A DNA stretch of 64,000 nt from assembly GCA_963710575.1 (NCBI GenBank), contig CAVQAL010000003.1:149372-213371 (forward strand), in the 5' to 3' direction. Within the stretch, counting starts at the first letter, position 1. Each line of letters begins with the position of its first letter. Both the position numbers and the translations under genes were made by a program. Source of the stretch: an uncultured delta proteobacterium. GTDB taxonomy: Bacteria > Desulfobacterota > Syntrophia > Syntrophales > Smithellaceae. Under the pieces are notes generated by a model, which saw only the letters and a list, made by a program, of their open reading frames with translations, was not told where the DNA came from and made no database searches. This document shows, in pieces, positions 18,262-28,060 of this stretch.

Positions 18262-19129
18262 TACTTTTTCTCCTTGCTTTAATCACTCGCGACAGCCCGG
18301 CATAATCTCTGCTCATTTCGATGCTGTCATAAAAACCTGCGGCTTCCATGATCCCGCGAACGCCAGCTTCCTGTTTAGCTCCAATTTCCAACAAAAGCCA
18401 ACCATTTTTTTTCAGAAAACCTGCCGCCTGATATATCAATTTTTCGTAAAATTCCAGTCCGCTTTTTCCGGCCCAAAGGGCTTCTCGCGGCTCGTAATCT
18501 TTCACTCCTGCAGGAAGTTCTTCATATTCCCGGGCCGAAATGTAGGGCGGATTGCAAACGATTATATCAAAAAGACCGTCAACCGGTTCAAATAAATTGC
18601 CTAGCTTAAATTCGATTTTATCTTGAAGTCCCAAAGCCGCGGTATTGTTTTGCGCCAGATTCAGCGCCGTTTCCGAAATATCAGTAGCAATAACGTTTGC
18701 GTGAGGCATTTCTTTTGCTAGAGCTATGGCTATCGCGCCACTGCCGGTGCCAATATCTAAAATCTTTATTTCCGGAGAGTCTATTTTGCGGCAAATGTTT
18801 ACAGCTTCTTCAACAATGATCTCTGTATCCGGCCGGGGAATGAGCACCGAGTTATTTACTTCCAAAGTGAAAGACCAGAATTCTTTGCGTCCGGTAATGT
18901 AGGCCACCGGCTCCCATTGCAATCTCCGGTCGATGAGATTTCTAAATGCGGCAAGCTTCGTTTCGCTGATAATCATATCCGGATTTTTGTAGAATTCCAG
19001 ACGGTCGCAATTCAGGCAGAAAGAAAGCAAAACTTCCGCATCGAGCCGGGCGGATGGAATATCCGCCGCTTCTAACGTCTTTGTGGACTCATTGAGAATG
19101 TCGTGAATAGTCATTGCTTTATTTTTCAC
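18254..19129 (-). CDS. prmC: release-factor glutamine N5-methyltransferase
   Basis: 291 aa with the SAM motif [12 protein letters not shown] and the NPPY motif (CNPPYI). Confidence 0.93.
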   Translation of the reverse strand: MKNKAMTIHDILNESTKTLEAADIPSARLDAEVLLSFCLNCDRLEFYKNPDMIISETKLAAFRNLIDRRLQWEPVAYITGRKEFWSFTLEVNNSVLIPRPDTEIIVEEAVNICRKIDSPEIKILDIGTGSGAIAIALAKEMPHANVIATDISETALNLAQNNTAALGLQDKIEFKLGNLFEPVDGLFDIIVCNPPYISAREYEELPAGVKDYEPREALWAGKSGLEFYEKLIYQAAGFLKKNGWLLLEIGAKQEAGVRGIMEAAGFYDSIEMSRDYAGLSRVIKARRKSSG

Positions 19130-19441
19130 ACGGGTTAACGTGTGGCCTCATAATAATTTAGCCACCACTCGGTCATTCCCCGGTCGAAGATGACCTTCAG
19201 GTTACTTGACCGGGGAATCCAGGAAGCATGATACCAGTGACGATTTTAATCTCCAAATGCCTTCTTCATTTAGCGGATGCATGAAAATAAATTGTTGCAA
19301 AAAAAATGTCAAGTGTTTATAAATCCAAATCATTAATATTTTAAAAGACTTCCATAATTCAGTAGATATCGCCACGGATAGTTAAAAGGATAGACAGAAA
19401 CTTTAGAATAACTTGTTAGTCGTTGAAAGGAGAAAAATAAA

Positions 19442-19996
19442 GTGAGCGATAGAAAAAATCGTGTATGCCCGGTTGAAAGAGCTGGCAGTCTCGACAATAG
19501 AATTCGAAGATGGATACAAAACCCTCATAAAATATTAAAACCCTATATTGAAGAAAGGATGACGGTTCTCGATATAGGTTGTGGTCCAGGATTTTTCTCT
19601 ATTAACATGGCTCAAATGGTTGGAAAATCTGGCCGAGTTATTGCTGCTGATTTACAGGAGGATATGCTTCAAAAGGTGCGAAATAAAATTCAGGGAACGG
19701 GACTTGAGAAACGTATCATCCTGCATAAGTCCGAAGAAAACAGAATAGGTGTATCAGAAAAAGTGGATTTTGTTTTTGCTTTCTACGTGGTTCACGAATT
19801 GCCGAATCAAAAAAAGTTTTTTGAAGAATTGAAATCCATATTAAAGCCGGAAGGAAAAGTGCTTATAGTAGAGCCACCATTCCATGTCTCAAAAACGGCG
19901 TTTGAAGAAACGATCAGAAATGCCCGAGATGCCGGATTTACGCCATCTGAAGGGCCGAAAGTTTTTTTCAGCAAAACAGCAATTTTGAAGGGCTAA
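19442..19996 (+). CDS. class I SAM-dependent methyltransferase (cassette-like)
   Basis: The motif VLDIGCGPGFFS is present. It uses a GTG start after an AAGGAG Shine-Dalgarno. The stop codon is embedded in the attC R'' box GGCTAAC. Confidence 0.8.
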   Translation: MSDRKNRVCPVERAGSLDNRIRRWIQNPHKILKPYIEERMTVLDIGCGPGFFSINMAQMVGKSGRVIAADLQEDMLQKVRNKIQGTGLEKRIILHKSEENRIGVSEKVDFVFAFYVVHELPNQKKFFEELKSILKPEGKVLIVEPPFHVSKTAFEETIRNARDAGFTPSEGPKVFFSKTAILKG

Positions 19997-20046
19997 CCAG
20001 ATGTTGGAGCCGATCGCTTACGCTCTGGCTTAACTTTTCGTTAGCA
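19991..20046 (+). repeat. integron attC-like site (attC-6)
   Basis: GGCTAAC-cagatg-TTGGAGCC...GGCTTAA-cttttc-GTTAGCA. R'' and R' are complementary over GCTAAC/GTTAGC. Confidence 0.6.
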
Positions 20047-20063
20047 GGTGCAATCAATAAACA

Positions 20064-20561
20064 ATGTCGAATCTAAAAATCAGAGAATGTACTCAAAAAG
20101 ATACCGAAGCCCTAGCTGAAACTATTCGAAGATCATTTCAGGATGTGGCGAAACGCTTTAACCTGACCAAAGAGAATGCTCCTCGCCATTCATCCAATTG
20201 CACAGAGGATTGGGTTCAAAAGGATATGGAACGCGGCATCACTTATTTCGCTTTGGAAAATGAAAACATTGTTGTTGGATGCGTTGCTCTTGAGCAGGCA
20301 AAGCCAGATGTATGTTATCTGGAACGCCTCGCAGTTCTTCCCGATAAGCGACATCGTGGTTTTGGGAATAAATTGGTTATTCATGTGTTGTCCGAGACTA
20401 AAACTCTTGGAGTTCATCGCGTTAATATAGGAATCATTGCCGAGCACACCGAACTGAAAAACTGGTATAAAAAAATCGGTTTTGTTGCGGGAGAAACCAA
20501 GGAATTTTCGCACCTGCCTTTTCGTGTCACCTTCATGTCCTATTTATTAGATAAAGGATGA
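20064..20561 (+). CDS. GNAT family N-acetyltransferase (cassette-like)
   Basis: 165 aa. The ..LAVLPDKRHRGFGNKLV.. segment is an acetyl-CoA-binding motif A. Confidence 0.85.
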   Translation: MSNLKIRECTQKDTEALAETIRRSFQDVAKRFNLTKENAPRHSSNCTEDWVQKDMERGITYFALENENIVVGCVALEQAKPDVCYLERLAVLPDKRHRGFGNKLVIHVLSETKTLGVHRVNIGIIAEHTELKNWYKKIGFVAGETKEFSHLPFRVTFMSYLLDKG

Positions 20562-20590
20562 CAACGATACAGTAATACCGGTTCAGATAA

Positions 20591-20629
20591 AGATAGGGGC
20601 ATTGACGGTTCTCATCAATGCCCCTATCT
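20591..20629. terminator. bidirectional terminator hairpin between convergent genes
   Basis: A perfect 15-bp stem AGATAGGGGCATTGA / TCAATGCCCCTATCT with a 9-nt loop, flanked by T/A-rich runs. Confidence 0.6.
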
Positions 20630-20682
20630 TATTATCACTCTGAATATATCTGTTGTGGTTTTGGTTTTATTTACATTTCTTA

Positions 20683-21489
20683 TTATTTAGAAATCATATT
20701 TTCACCGCGGCGAACTGTCCAAAAATCGTCGGATAGATTTCTGTCCGCAACGTATTTGTAGGGCATGGTGAAATACCCTTTCATTCCCCAGTTCTCGCCC
20801 CAGGAATTACGCACGATAAATCTTTCCTTGGCATCGTCGTAACCTACGGCAAGAACAGCATGTCCGCCCAGTGATTTTTCACCTTGCTGCGGCATGTTTA
20901 CGACTCCGGTTTTCGCCACTGCCTGCGATTCAAAGCTTTCATACACCGTAAAACCAAAAACAAACGGAAAGCCTTCCGCCAGGCACGCGCGCATTTCATC
21001 CAGCGTGATAATGCGATGATAAGAAGTTATTTTATGATTCGCCGCGTCCTTGTAACAAGCTAGAGTTGGTTTAATCCGGAATTTTGAGATAATATAAGGC
21101 CATTTCGTCTCCGAACAAACACCTTGTTTGGCCAGTGTCTTTATGCCATCACGGATCATGGCGCCGGAGTCGGACTGGATGGTGTGTTCAACGGCTCTTT
21201 CGTCATAGTAAATAAACAGCCGGCTGAAATCCTCAAAAGAAACTTTATCCTTCCTTTCCAGAAACTCCAGCGCACCTGCCAGAGCATTGGCGGTGCAACT
21301 GCCCAGTTGTCCCTGATCTTCCACTTTCGAACAGAGTGGACGCAAATCCACCAGCGGAGGTAACTTTGCCGGGACACGAAGCACGGCGCTAAGCAAATAA
21401 TCGCGTTGATCGGGCACATCCGGTACCCACCCATAGCCGGAACGTTTAAACTTACTTTTTTTTGAAGCAGTAACTTTTTTTGCTGGCAT
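20683..21489 (-). CDS. papain-like (C1 family) cysteine peptidase, no signal peptide seen
   Basis: ..VDLRPLCSKVEDQGQLGSCTANAL.. carries the catalytic Cys context, with ..GGHAVLAVGYD.. and ..VRNSWGENWG... The ATG at 21489 has an AAGAAGG Shine-Dalgarno. Confidence 0.85.
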   Translation of the reverse strand: MPAKKVTASKKSKFKRSGYGWVPDVPDQRDYLLSAVLRVPAKLPPLVDLRPLCSKVEDQGQLGSCTANALAGALEFLERKDKVSFEDFSRLFIYYDERAVEHTIQSDSGAMIRDGIKTLAKQGVCSETKWPYIISKFRIKPTLACYKDAANHKITSYHRIITLDEMRACLAEGFPFVFGFTVYESFESQAVAKTGVVNMPQQGEKSLGGHAVLAVGYDDAKERFIVRNSWGENWGMKGYFTMPYKYVADRNLSDDFWTVRRGENMISK

Positions 21490-21728
21490 ACATGAGACCT
21501 TCTTGTTTAAAAATGTGAACAATTGTTAAAAAGTTTTTGCAGGATACAAAAAAGATGAGGATAAAACAAATGTTTTTTCCATAGGGATTATAAAGAAAGT
21601 TGTCAAACGTACTTTATCGACTTCACCTTGTGTTCTTATACTTTGTCATTTGCTATAAAATAGCATCATAAAATGCTAAGGTAAACTGGAAGAGTGAATC
21701 TGTATTTCACCTGATGCCAAAGAGCATG

Positions 21729-22873
21729 TTTTGTAGATTAGATCCTCTTCTCATTGCTTTGTTCAATAACTCGTACGGTATCACAAACCTTCTCATATGG
21801 GAATGAGTTTGCACTTGCAAGGTTGATTCGGACAGAGCTTTTTACCGGTGTAAATATTTATAATTATTATAGGAGGCAAATTAATAGGTCAGTAACGGTT
21901 CTGGGGATAGATATCGCCAAACAGAAATTCGATGTAGCACTACTTGCAGATGGGAAGATAAAAAATAAAACCTGTAGGAATTCAACAGAAGGTTTCGAGA
22001 CCTTAAAAGTCTGGCTGGAGAAGCAGGGAATTCAAAAGGTTCATGCCTGTCTGAAAGCAACTGGAAATTACGGTGAAGATTTGGCTGTTTTTCTTCATAA
22101 AGCTGGTCACACGGTCAGCATTGTCAATCCGGCCCGCATCAAAGGATTTGCTCAGAGTGAACTTGTTCGTACCAAGACGGATAAACTTGACGCGGGAGTC
22201 ATTGCACGCTTCTGTTTAGCTATGAAACCAGAGCTCTGGTTTCCGCCTGCACCGGAAATCAGATCATTGAGAGCTCTGGTAAGAAGAGTTGACAGTCTAA
22301 TCGATATGCGTAGCCAGGAGAAGAATCGAATTGGTACGGCGCATGAATCTGTCATCGTTTTGATCAAAGAACATATCATTTATTTAGATCAGGAAATTGA
22401 AAAAATAAGAAAACAAATTGCTGATCTCATAAAACGGAATCCGCATCTTAAACAACGGAAGGATTTACTGGATTCTATCCCAGGACTTGGTAAGGTGACA
22501 GTTCCTCACCTTCTGGCAGAGTTAGATAACCTTGATAAATTTACCCATGTTCGGGAAATGGTCGCCTTCATCGGACTCGCGCCAAAGGAAACGATCTCGG
22601 GATCATCTATTAAAGGCAAACCCAGACTGTGCAAAATCGGAAATGCAAGACTCAGAAAAGCTTTGTATATGCCGGCGCTGGTATCGATTCAGTGCAATCC
22701 TGTTATGATTGCTTTTTATAATCGACTGAAAGAAAAAGGTAAAAATGGCAAAGTTATTGTCTGTGCAATAATGCGGAAATTGGTTCACGTTATATTTGGA
22801 GTCTTGAAATCCGGCAAAAAGTACGATCCAAATTATAAGCCAACTTTTGCTTGACAAGAACGGTATCTACAAA
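21729..22873 (+). mobile_element. IS110-family insertion sequence (boundaries tentative)
   Basis: A DEDD-type transposase ORF is bracketed by the 9-bp inverted repeat TTTGTAGAT (21730-21738) and ATCTACAAA (22865-22873). The true ends could lie further out. Confidence 0.55.
21754..22854 (+). CDS. IS110-family transposase
   Basis: ..VLGIDIAKQKFDVALL.. is the N-terminal DEDD/RuvC-like start. ..DSIPGLGKVTVPHLLAEL.. and ..SGSSIKGKPRLCKIGNARLRKALYM.. are C-terminal Tnp_20-type motifs. There is no canonical ATG/GTG near the conserved start, so the real start is probably around 21880-21900. Confidence 0.85.
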   Translation: MLCSITRTVSQTFSYGNEFALARLIRTELFTGVNIYNYYRRQINRSVTVLGIDIAKQKFDVALLADGKIKNKTCRNSTEGFETLKVWLEKQGIQKVHACLKATGNYGEDLAVFLHKAGHTVSIVNPARIKGFAQSELVRTKTDKLDAGVIARFCLAMKPELWFPPAPEIRSLRALVRRVDSLIDMRSQEKNRIGTAHESVIVLIKEHIIYLDQEIEKIRKQIADLIKRNPHLKQRKDLLDSIPGLGKVTVPHLLAELDNLDKFTHVREMVAFIGLAPKETISGSSIKGKPRLCKIGNARLRKALYMPALVSIQCNPVMIAFYNRLKEKGKNGKVIVCAIMRKLVHVIFGVLKSGKKYDPNYKPTFA

Positions 22874-22927
22874 GTTTTAGTAGTAGGCATTTTCCAGAAG
22901 TGAGGATTACGGATTGAAATATTCATA

Positions 22928-22965
22928 AATGAAAGGCAGAGCTATTGCTGACCCTGTCTTTCATT
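22928..22965. terminator. terminator-like hairpin downstream of the lipoprotein gene
   Basis: AATGAAAGGCAG..(14 nt)..CTGTCTTTCATT, a 12-bp stem with one G.U pair. Confidence 0.45.
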
Positions 22966-22992
22966 TTAAACAGATTGGTTTACAATTTTTAA

Positions 22993-23562
22993 TTATTTGT
23001 TAATTATTTCCCTATATATTTTCCATTCGTCGTTTATTTTTCTCAACTCCAATGTCTTCTCACATTTATCTTTTGATATCGATGAACTATAAAATTGAGT
23101 AAATACTGCTTTGGCAATATTTGCATCCGCTGATATTTGCAAATGGTCAATGAGGATATTTATGTCTTTACATCTCTTATACACCTTGGTTTTATAGGAA
23201 ATCCATCCATTTAAGTCTATCCCTTTGGAATGGAAATCCGACGCATAACAACTACGGTAAGTTTTCATGTCGCCCGATTCCCAGCTAGTTAACCATTTAG
23301 TTACAAAATTTCGTACATCTTGTTTAATGTTAACTGGATCTAAATTATTATCGGTAACAACGGGTGCAGTAATAGGTGCTGCAACTGCAACGACCTCCTT
23401 CGAAGCTACAGGTTCCTCAACCTTGGGAGCAACAACAACCTCTTTCGGAGCTACAGGTTCCTCAACTTTGGGTGAGTTGAATTGGCTCTTGGTTAGAGAA
23501 GTACAACCCGATAGCATTATAATAATCATTGCAACCATTAAGGGTACGAAGTTTTTTTTCAT
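22993..23562 (-). CDS. lipoprotein with PKVEEPVAPKEVV repeats and an NTF2/SnoaL-like C-terminal domain
   Basis: The signal peptide and lipobox read MKKNFVPLMVAMIIIMLSGC. The tandem repeats match those of the neighbouring gene. The C-terminus ..WLTSWESGDMKTYRSCYASDF..DEWKIYRE is NTF2-like. Confidence 0.75.
   Translation of the reverse strand: MKKNFVPLMVAMIIIMLSGCTSLTKSQFNSPKVEEPVAPKEVVVAPKVEEPVASKEVVAVAAPITAPVVTDNNLDPVNIKQDVRNFVTKWLTSWESGDMKTYRSCYASDFHSKGIDLNGWISYKTKVYKRCKDINILIDHLQISADANIAKAVFTQFYSSSISKDKCEKTLELRKINDEWKIYREIINK
23377..23475. repeat. in-frame 39-bp tandem repeat (about 2.5 units) encoding PKVEEPVAPKEVV
   Basis: The unit ctttcggagctacaggttcctcaac(c/t)ttgggagcaacaac is repeated. 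It is near-identical to the repeat at 23915-24025. Confidence 0.85.
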
Positions 23563-23680
23563 AATTGTCTCCTAGAATTTTATTGCCGATATTAATGGCA
23601 GATTTTAAAAATGATTCTGAGTAACTAATATATGATAGAAAAAAGACAATTTGGTTAAATGTTTATCTCGGTTCATATTT

Positions 23681-24478
23681 TTATTTTGTTATGAATTCCT
23701 CAACTTTCATAAAAGGATATGAGAAAATTTCACCGTCTTTTGAACGGATTTTTAGCACATCATCATAGACACCTATTATTTGCCCCTCAATAACTTCACC
23801 ATTCGTCAAAACAATCCCCTTTATTCCTTCATAATAATGTTGGGTTTCGATAGAAGGTACCATTTTGTTTTCTGGTTTCTGGGCTGGCTCTTTTTTTTGT
23901 GTCTCAAGCTCCATAACTTTGGGAGCAACAACCTCTTTCGGAGCTACAGGTTCCTCAACTTTGGGAGCAACAACTTCTTTCGGAACTACAGGTTCCTCAA
24001 CCTTGGGAGCAACAACAACTTCATTTGGGGTAACAGGTTCGCAGGAAACTATATTGATTAATTTTTCACCAACTGTATTGGGAATGATAGCATTCCATTT
24101 ACCAGACTCACTTTCCGGTGATGAATAAATAACATTACCTTTTTCATCATAAAAAATCACAGAAATATCTTTAATTTTTTTATTTACGCAGTCAATTTCC
24201 ATCAACTTTGTGTAATAACTTAACATGGAAGGATTGTCGGGTGCTTTATTTATTACTTTGAGAATTGAAAAATACCTTGTTTTTGCTTCTTTGCTTAATA
24301 TATCTTTTTTCCATACAGAGATAATGCTTTTATCTACTTTTTTAATGCTGCTTTTATCATAATACATATCTCCAACAGAAGTGGTATCAAAATATATCCA
24401 ATCCGCTGCCAATGCCTGATTAACAAATAGGGGAAAAAATACTAAACAAATAATACTCTGAAGATTCTTTGCTTTCAT
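23681..24478 (-). CDS. secreted protein: adhesin-E-like N-terminal domain, PKVEEPV repeats, SH3-like C-terminus
   Basis: A signal peptide ends ..NQALA. The ADWIYFDTTSVGDMYYDKSSIKK.. pattern matches surface-adhesin-E-type domains. There are three repeat units. The ATG at 24478 follows a GAGAGGAAAAAGG Shine-Dalgarno. Confidence 0.7.
   Translation of the reverse strand: MKAKNLQSIICLVFFPLFVNQALAADWIYFDTTSVGDMYYDKSSIKKVDKSIISVWKKDILSKEAKTRYFSILKVINKAPDNPSMLSYYTKLMEIDCVNKKIKDISVIFYDEKGNVIYSSPESESGKWNAIIPNTVGEKLINIVSCEPVTPNEVVVAPKVEEPVVPKEVVAPKVEEPVAPKEVVAPKVMELETQKKEPAQKPENKMVPSIETQHYYEGIKGIVLTNGEVIEGQIIGVYDDVLKIRSKDGEIFSYPFMKVEEFITK
23915..24025. repeat. in-frame 39-bp tandem repeat (about 3 units) encoding PKVEEPVAPKEVV
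   Basis: It has the same DNA unit as 23377-23475. Confidence 0.85.
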
Positions 24479-24702
24479 CCTTTTTCCTCTCAATAATTAA
24501 TATCCGAAGTATGCTTTCTACGATGAGTTGAACACATAATAGCACTATTCATTTTTTTTAAAAGGGGAAAATATACTATCTCATTTATTACTGATTGAAA
24601 GAAAGCATACTTGACAAGGATAACGACTTATTTCTTACAGGAAGAAGGTGCTACAGGAGAGCTGTAGAAAAAACATTCGTTTATTCTGCAGGTGATATCG
24701 GC

Positions 24703-25770
24703 CTATTTTAAAGATTCTGCCTGATAATGGGTAGCCAAAGCGTCAATCATTGCGCCGATGTTGCCATTGAGAAAATTATCGAGATCATATCGGGTCAGGT
24801 TGATGCGATGATCGGTGATGCGGCCTTGAGGGAAATTGTATGTGCGGATACGTTCGCTGCGGTCGCCGGTGCCAACCTGGCTTTTGCGCGTCTGCGCCTG
24901 TTCCGCATTTTGTTTTTGCACCATGGCATCGAGCAGGCGCGCACGCAATACTTTCATGGCCTTGATCTTGTTTTTGAGCTGTGATTTTTCGTCCTGACAG
25001 GTAACAACAAGACCTGTAGGCAAGTGAGTGATGCGTACAGCCGAATCGGTTGTGTTGACACTCTGGCCGCCGTGACCGGTGGAACGATATACATCAATTC
25101 GCAGTTCGTTTTGATCAATGTTGAGTTCCACTTCTTCCGCTTCGGGCATGATGGCCACGGTAACTGCCGAGGTGTGAATGCGTCCCTGCGCTTCTGTAAC
25201 CGGAACACGCTGGACACGATGAACACCGCTTTCGTACTTCATACGGCTGTAAGCTCCATTGCCTTCAATCAGGGCGATAATTTCCTTAAACCCGCCGGTG
25301 CCGCCTGTCGAAGAACTGCTCACTATTTCTACACGCCAGCCCTGAGCTTCCGCATATCGGGCATACATGCGAAATAAATCGCCGGCGAAAAGTCCCGCTT
25401 CATCGCCTCCCGTTCCCGCTCTGATTTCCAGAAAGACGTTTTTATCATCGTTGGGATCTTTCGGCAGCAGCAAAATATTTAACTTCGCTTCCAAATCGGT
25501 TTGCTTTTGCTTTAATTGCGGCATTTCTTCCCTAACGATTGCTTTCAATTCCTCATCGCCTTCCGCCAAAACTCCCTGATACTCTTCTATTTGATCCCTG
25601 ATTTTTTCAGATTGACGTATAGTTTCGACTAATTCCCTTAAATCGGCATGCTCTTTGGCATATTTTTGATAAAGGCCCTGCTTCGAAACAATTTTAGGGT
25701 CGCTAAGCATCCCTTCCAGTTCCCGGTAGCGTATTTCAATGTCGCGAAGCTTATCTAATATAATATCCAT
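24703..25770 (-). CDS. prfA: peptide chain release factor 1
   Basis: 355 aa with the GGQ motif ([17 protein letters not shown]). The tripeptide-anticodon region is RF1-type ([12 protein letters not shown]). Confidence 0.97.
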   Translation of the reverse strand: MDIILDKLRDIEIRYRELEGMLSDPKIVSKQGLYQKYAKEHADLRELVETIRQSEKIRDQIEEYQGVLAEGDEELKAIVREEMPQLKQKQTDLEAKLNILLLPKDPNDDKNVFLEIRAGTGGDEAGLFAGDLFRMYARYAEAQGWRVEIVSSSSTGGTGGFKEIIALIEGNGAYSRMKYESGVHRVQRVPVTEAQGRIHTSAVTVAIMPEAEEVELNIDQNELRIDVYRSTGHGGQSVNTTDSAVRITHLPTGLVVTCQDEKSQLKNKIKAMKVLRARLLDAMVQKQNAEQAQTRKSQVGTGDRSERIRTYNFPQGRITDHRINLTRYDLDNFLNGNIGAMIDALATHYQAESLK

Positions 25771-26059
25771 GTTATTTCTTTAAGGTAAATATTGTAGTAT
25801 TTGAGATTAATTTAAAAAAGGCACACCTGTAAGTTCTTTTCCGCTGGAAAGGGCACCTACAAATGGTAATGCCGGGCAGCATTCAAAAGAATGTCAAGGC
25901 GGCAAGGAAGAGGATAACTTGAGGCGTATAATGTCATATTTTGAGAAGCCAATGACTCAATCCAACAAGATGAAGACGACTTGGCAGAAGAAAGATGAAC
26001 GGTTTTCATTATAAAAACATAATCCATTGTTTTTTTCTATTAAGAAAATTTTGTAATTA

Positions 26060-26320
26060 TTATTCCTTTGGTTTCTTTACAATTACCGTGGGTTGTTTCT
26101 TTTTGACCTGAGGCTTTTCCGCTTTAGGTTCATATTTTTTCTTGAATTTCTCGACGCGGCCCGCCGTATCTACAAGTCTTTGCTTACCTGTCATAAAAGG
26201 ATGGCAGTTGGAACAAATTTCCGTCTTAATGTCTTTTTTGGTCGATCTTGTTTCAATAACGTTTCCGCAAACACAAGTGATCGTCGTTTCTTTATATTCT
26301 GGATGAATTCCTTCTTTCAT
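26060..26320 (-). CDS. rpmE: 50S ribosomal protein L31 with a Lys-rich C-terminal tail
   Basis: [20 protein letters not shown]...[34 protein letters not shown] Shine-Dalgarno precedes the internal ATG at 26320. Confidence 0.93.
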   Translation of the reverse strand: MKEGIHPEYKETTITCVCGNVIETRSTKKDIKTEICSNCHPFMTGKQRLVDTAGRVEKFKKKYEPKAEKPQVKKKQPTVIVKKPKE

Positions 26321-26497
26321 GTCTTTTTTCTTTTCCTCCCTGACGTTTATCTGCAATTAATTATTAATGTTTTTCGCTTTATTTTAAAAGTGCCCGTGTG
26401 ACTTATAATATATATGGCAAAAATTCAAGAAAATTAGTGTAAAATTTTCGGCTGGGCCACTATAAGCATTTAAAATGCAAATTCGGCCTCTTTGCGA

Positions 26498-27745
26498 TTA
26501 TGCGTTCATCGAATCCAAAAATTCCTGATTAGTTTCCGTTTTTTTGATTTTGCCGATGATAAATTCCATGGCATCAACGGGATTCATTTCCTGAAGCAAC
26601 CGGCGCAATATCCAGACACGATTGAGATTTGCTTTAGGAATCAACAATTCCTCTTTCCTGGTTCCGGAACGGATCAAATCGAAAGCGGGGAATATCCGGC
26701 GATCGGCGATACGGCGGTCCAAATGCAATTCCATGTTGCCTGTTCCCTTGAATTCTTCAAAAATGACTTCATCCATTCTGCTTCCGGTATCAATCAGAGC
26801 TGTTGAAATTATCGTCAAACTGCCGCCATTCTCAATATTTCTGGCCGCGCCGAAGAAACGTTTCGGCTTGTGCAAAGCATTGGAATCGACACCGCCGGAA
26901 AGAACTTTTCCGCTGGGCGGAACAACCGTGTTGTATGCTCGCGCCAAACGGGTGATGCTGTCGAGTAAGATGACCACATCTTTTTTATGTTCGACCAGGC
27001 GCTTGGCCTTTTCAATAACCATCTCAGCAACCTGCACGTGAAATGAAGCCGGTTCGTCAAATGTGGAAGCAATGACTTCACCGGCAACACTGCGCTGCAT
27101 ATCGGTTACTTCTTCAGGCCGTTCGTCAATTAAAAGCACCATCAAAACCACTTCAGGATGATTTGCTGAAATGCTGTGGGCAATATCCTGCAAAAGAACT
27201 GTTTTACCGGCACGCGGCGGAGAAACAATCAATCCACGTTGTCCCTTGCCAATCGGCGCGAATAAATCCAGAGTCCTGGTGGAATAATTTTTAGGATCAT
27301 ATTCCAGATTTAATTTTTCCAAAGGATAAAGAGGGGTCAGGTTATCAAAAAGAATTTTGTCGCGGGCTTGTTCGGGGCTTTCCAGATTTACGGTGTCAAC
27401 TTTCAAAAGGGCAAAATATTTTTCCCCTTCTTTGGGTGGACGCACTTCGCCGGAAATTGTGTCGCCTGTTTTTAAATTAAATCTTCTGATCTGCGAAGGC
27501 GAAATGTAAATATCGTCCGGACTGGGAAGGTAGTTGTAATCCACGGCGCGCAAAAAACCAAAACCGTCGGGCAAAATTTCCAAGACTCCCGAGCCAGAAA
27601 TTACGCCATTTTGTTCTGCCTGCGTTTGCAAGATAGCGAAAATCAAATCCTGACGGCGCATTCCGCTGGCGCCAGGAACTTCCAATTTCTTGGCCAAGTC
27701 GTTGAGTTCGCTGATAGGCAATCGTTTGATATCTTCAATGTTCAT
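26498..27745 (-). CDS. rho: transcription termination factor Rho
   Basis: 415 aa with an N-terminal RNA-binding domain and RecA-like ATPase motifs ([15 protein letters not shown]). Confidence 0.98.
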   Translation of the reverse strand: MNIEDIKRLPISELNDLAKKLEVPGASGMRRQDLIFAILQTQAEQNGVISGSGVLEILPDGFGFLRAVDYNYLPSPDDIYISPSQIRRFNLKTGDTISGEVRPPKEGEKYFALLKVDTVNLESPEQARDKILFDNLTPLYPLEKLNLEYDPKNYSTRTLDLFAPIGKGQRGLIVSPPRAGKTVLLQDIAHSISANHPEVVLMVLLIDERPEEVTDMQRSVAGEVIASTFDEPASFHVQVAEMVIEKAKRLVEHKKDVVILLDSITRLARAYNTVVPPSGKVLSGGVDSNALHKPKRFFGAARNIENGGSLTIISTALIDTGSRMDEVIFEEFKGTGNMELHLDRRIADRRIFPAFDLIRSGTRKEELLIPKANLNRVWILRRLLQEMNPVDAMEFIIGKIKKTETNQEFLDSMNA

Positions 27746-28060
27746 AAATATTCCCTTGCTTTAAATTCTAACAGGGTAACTAGAACGTTATCCTGATATT
27801 ATACTTACCGTCGTTTTTACCGCATTATTTTTAAAGAAACACAGAAAGATAGTCACGATTTTTAGTAGTTACGGATTAAATCTCGGCTTGTTTATTTGAA
27901 TACGTGAAACGCTCCAAAAGGTAGGGCTTAAAAGCCTTTTACTAATCGCCAAAGATCTTATATTAATCCATCATAACTGTCAAGCGATTTTATTATTTTT
28001 GTTGAAAGCACATAATCTATCTGATTTATCTACCATAGACCAATCTGCTATATTTGCATA

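Noticed and set aside
20552-20660. A candidate attC (..GACAAC..central hairpin..GTTGTGG) follows the GNAT gene.
   Set aside because: The outer boxes fit RYYYAAC/GTTRRRY poorly. The perfect 15-bp central hairpin with T-rich flanks between convergent genes is adequately explained as a bidirectional terminator.
23377-24025. Regularly spaced 39-bp repeats were considered as a possible CRISPR array.
   Set aside because: The repeats are directly tandem with no spacers. They are in frame within two protein-coding genes and encode a proline-rich peptide.
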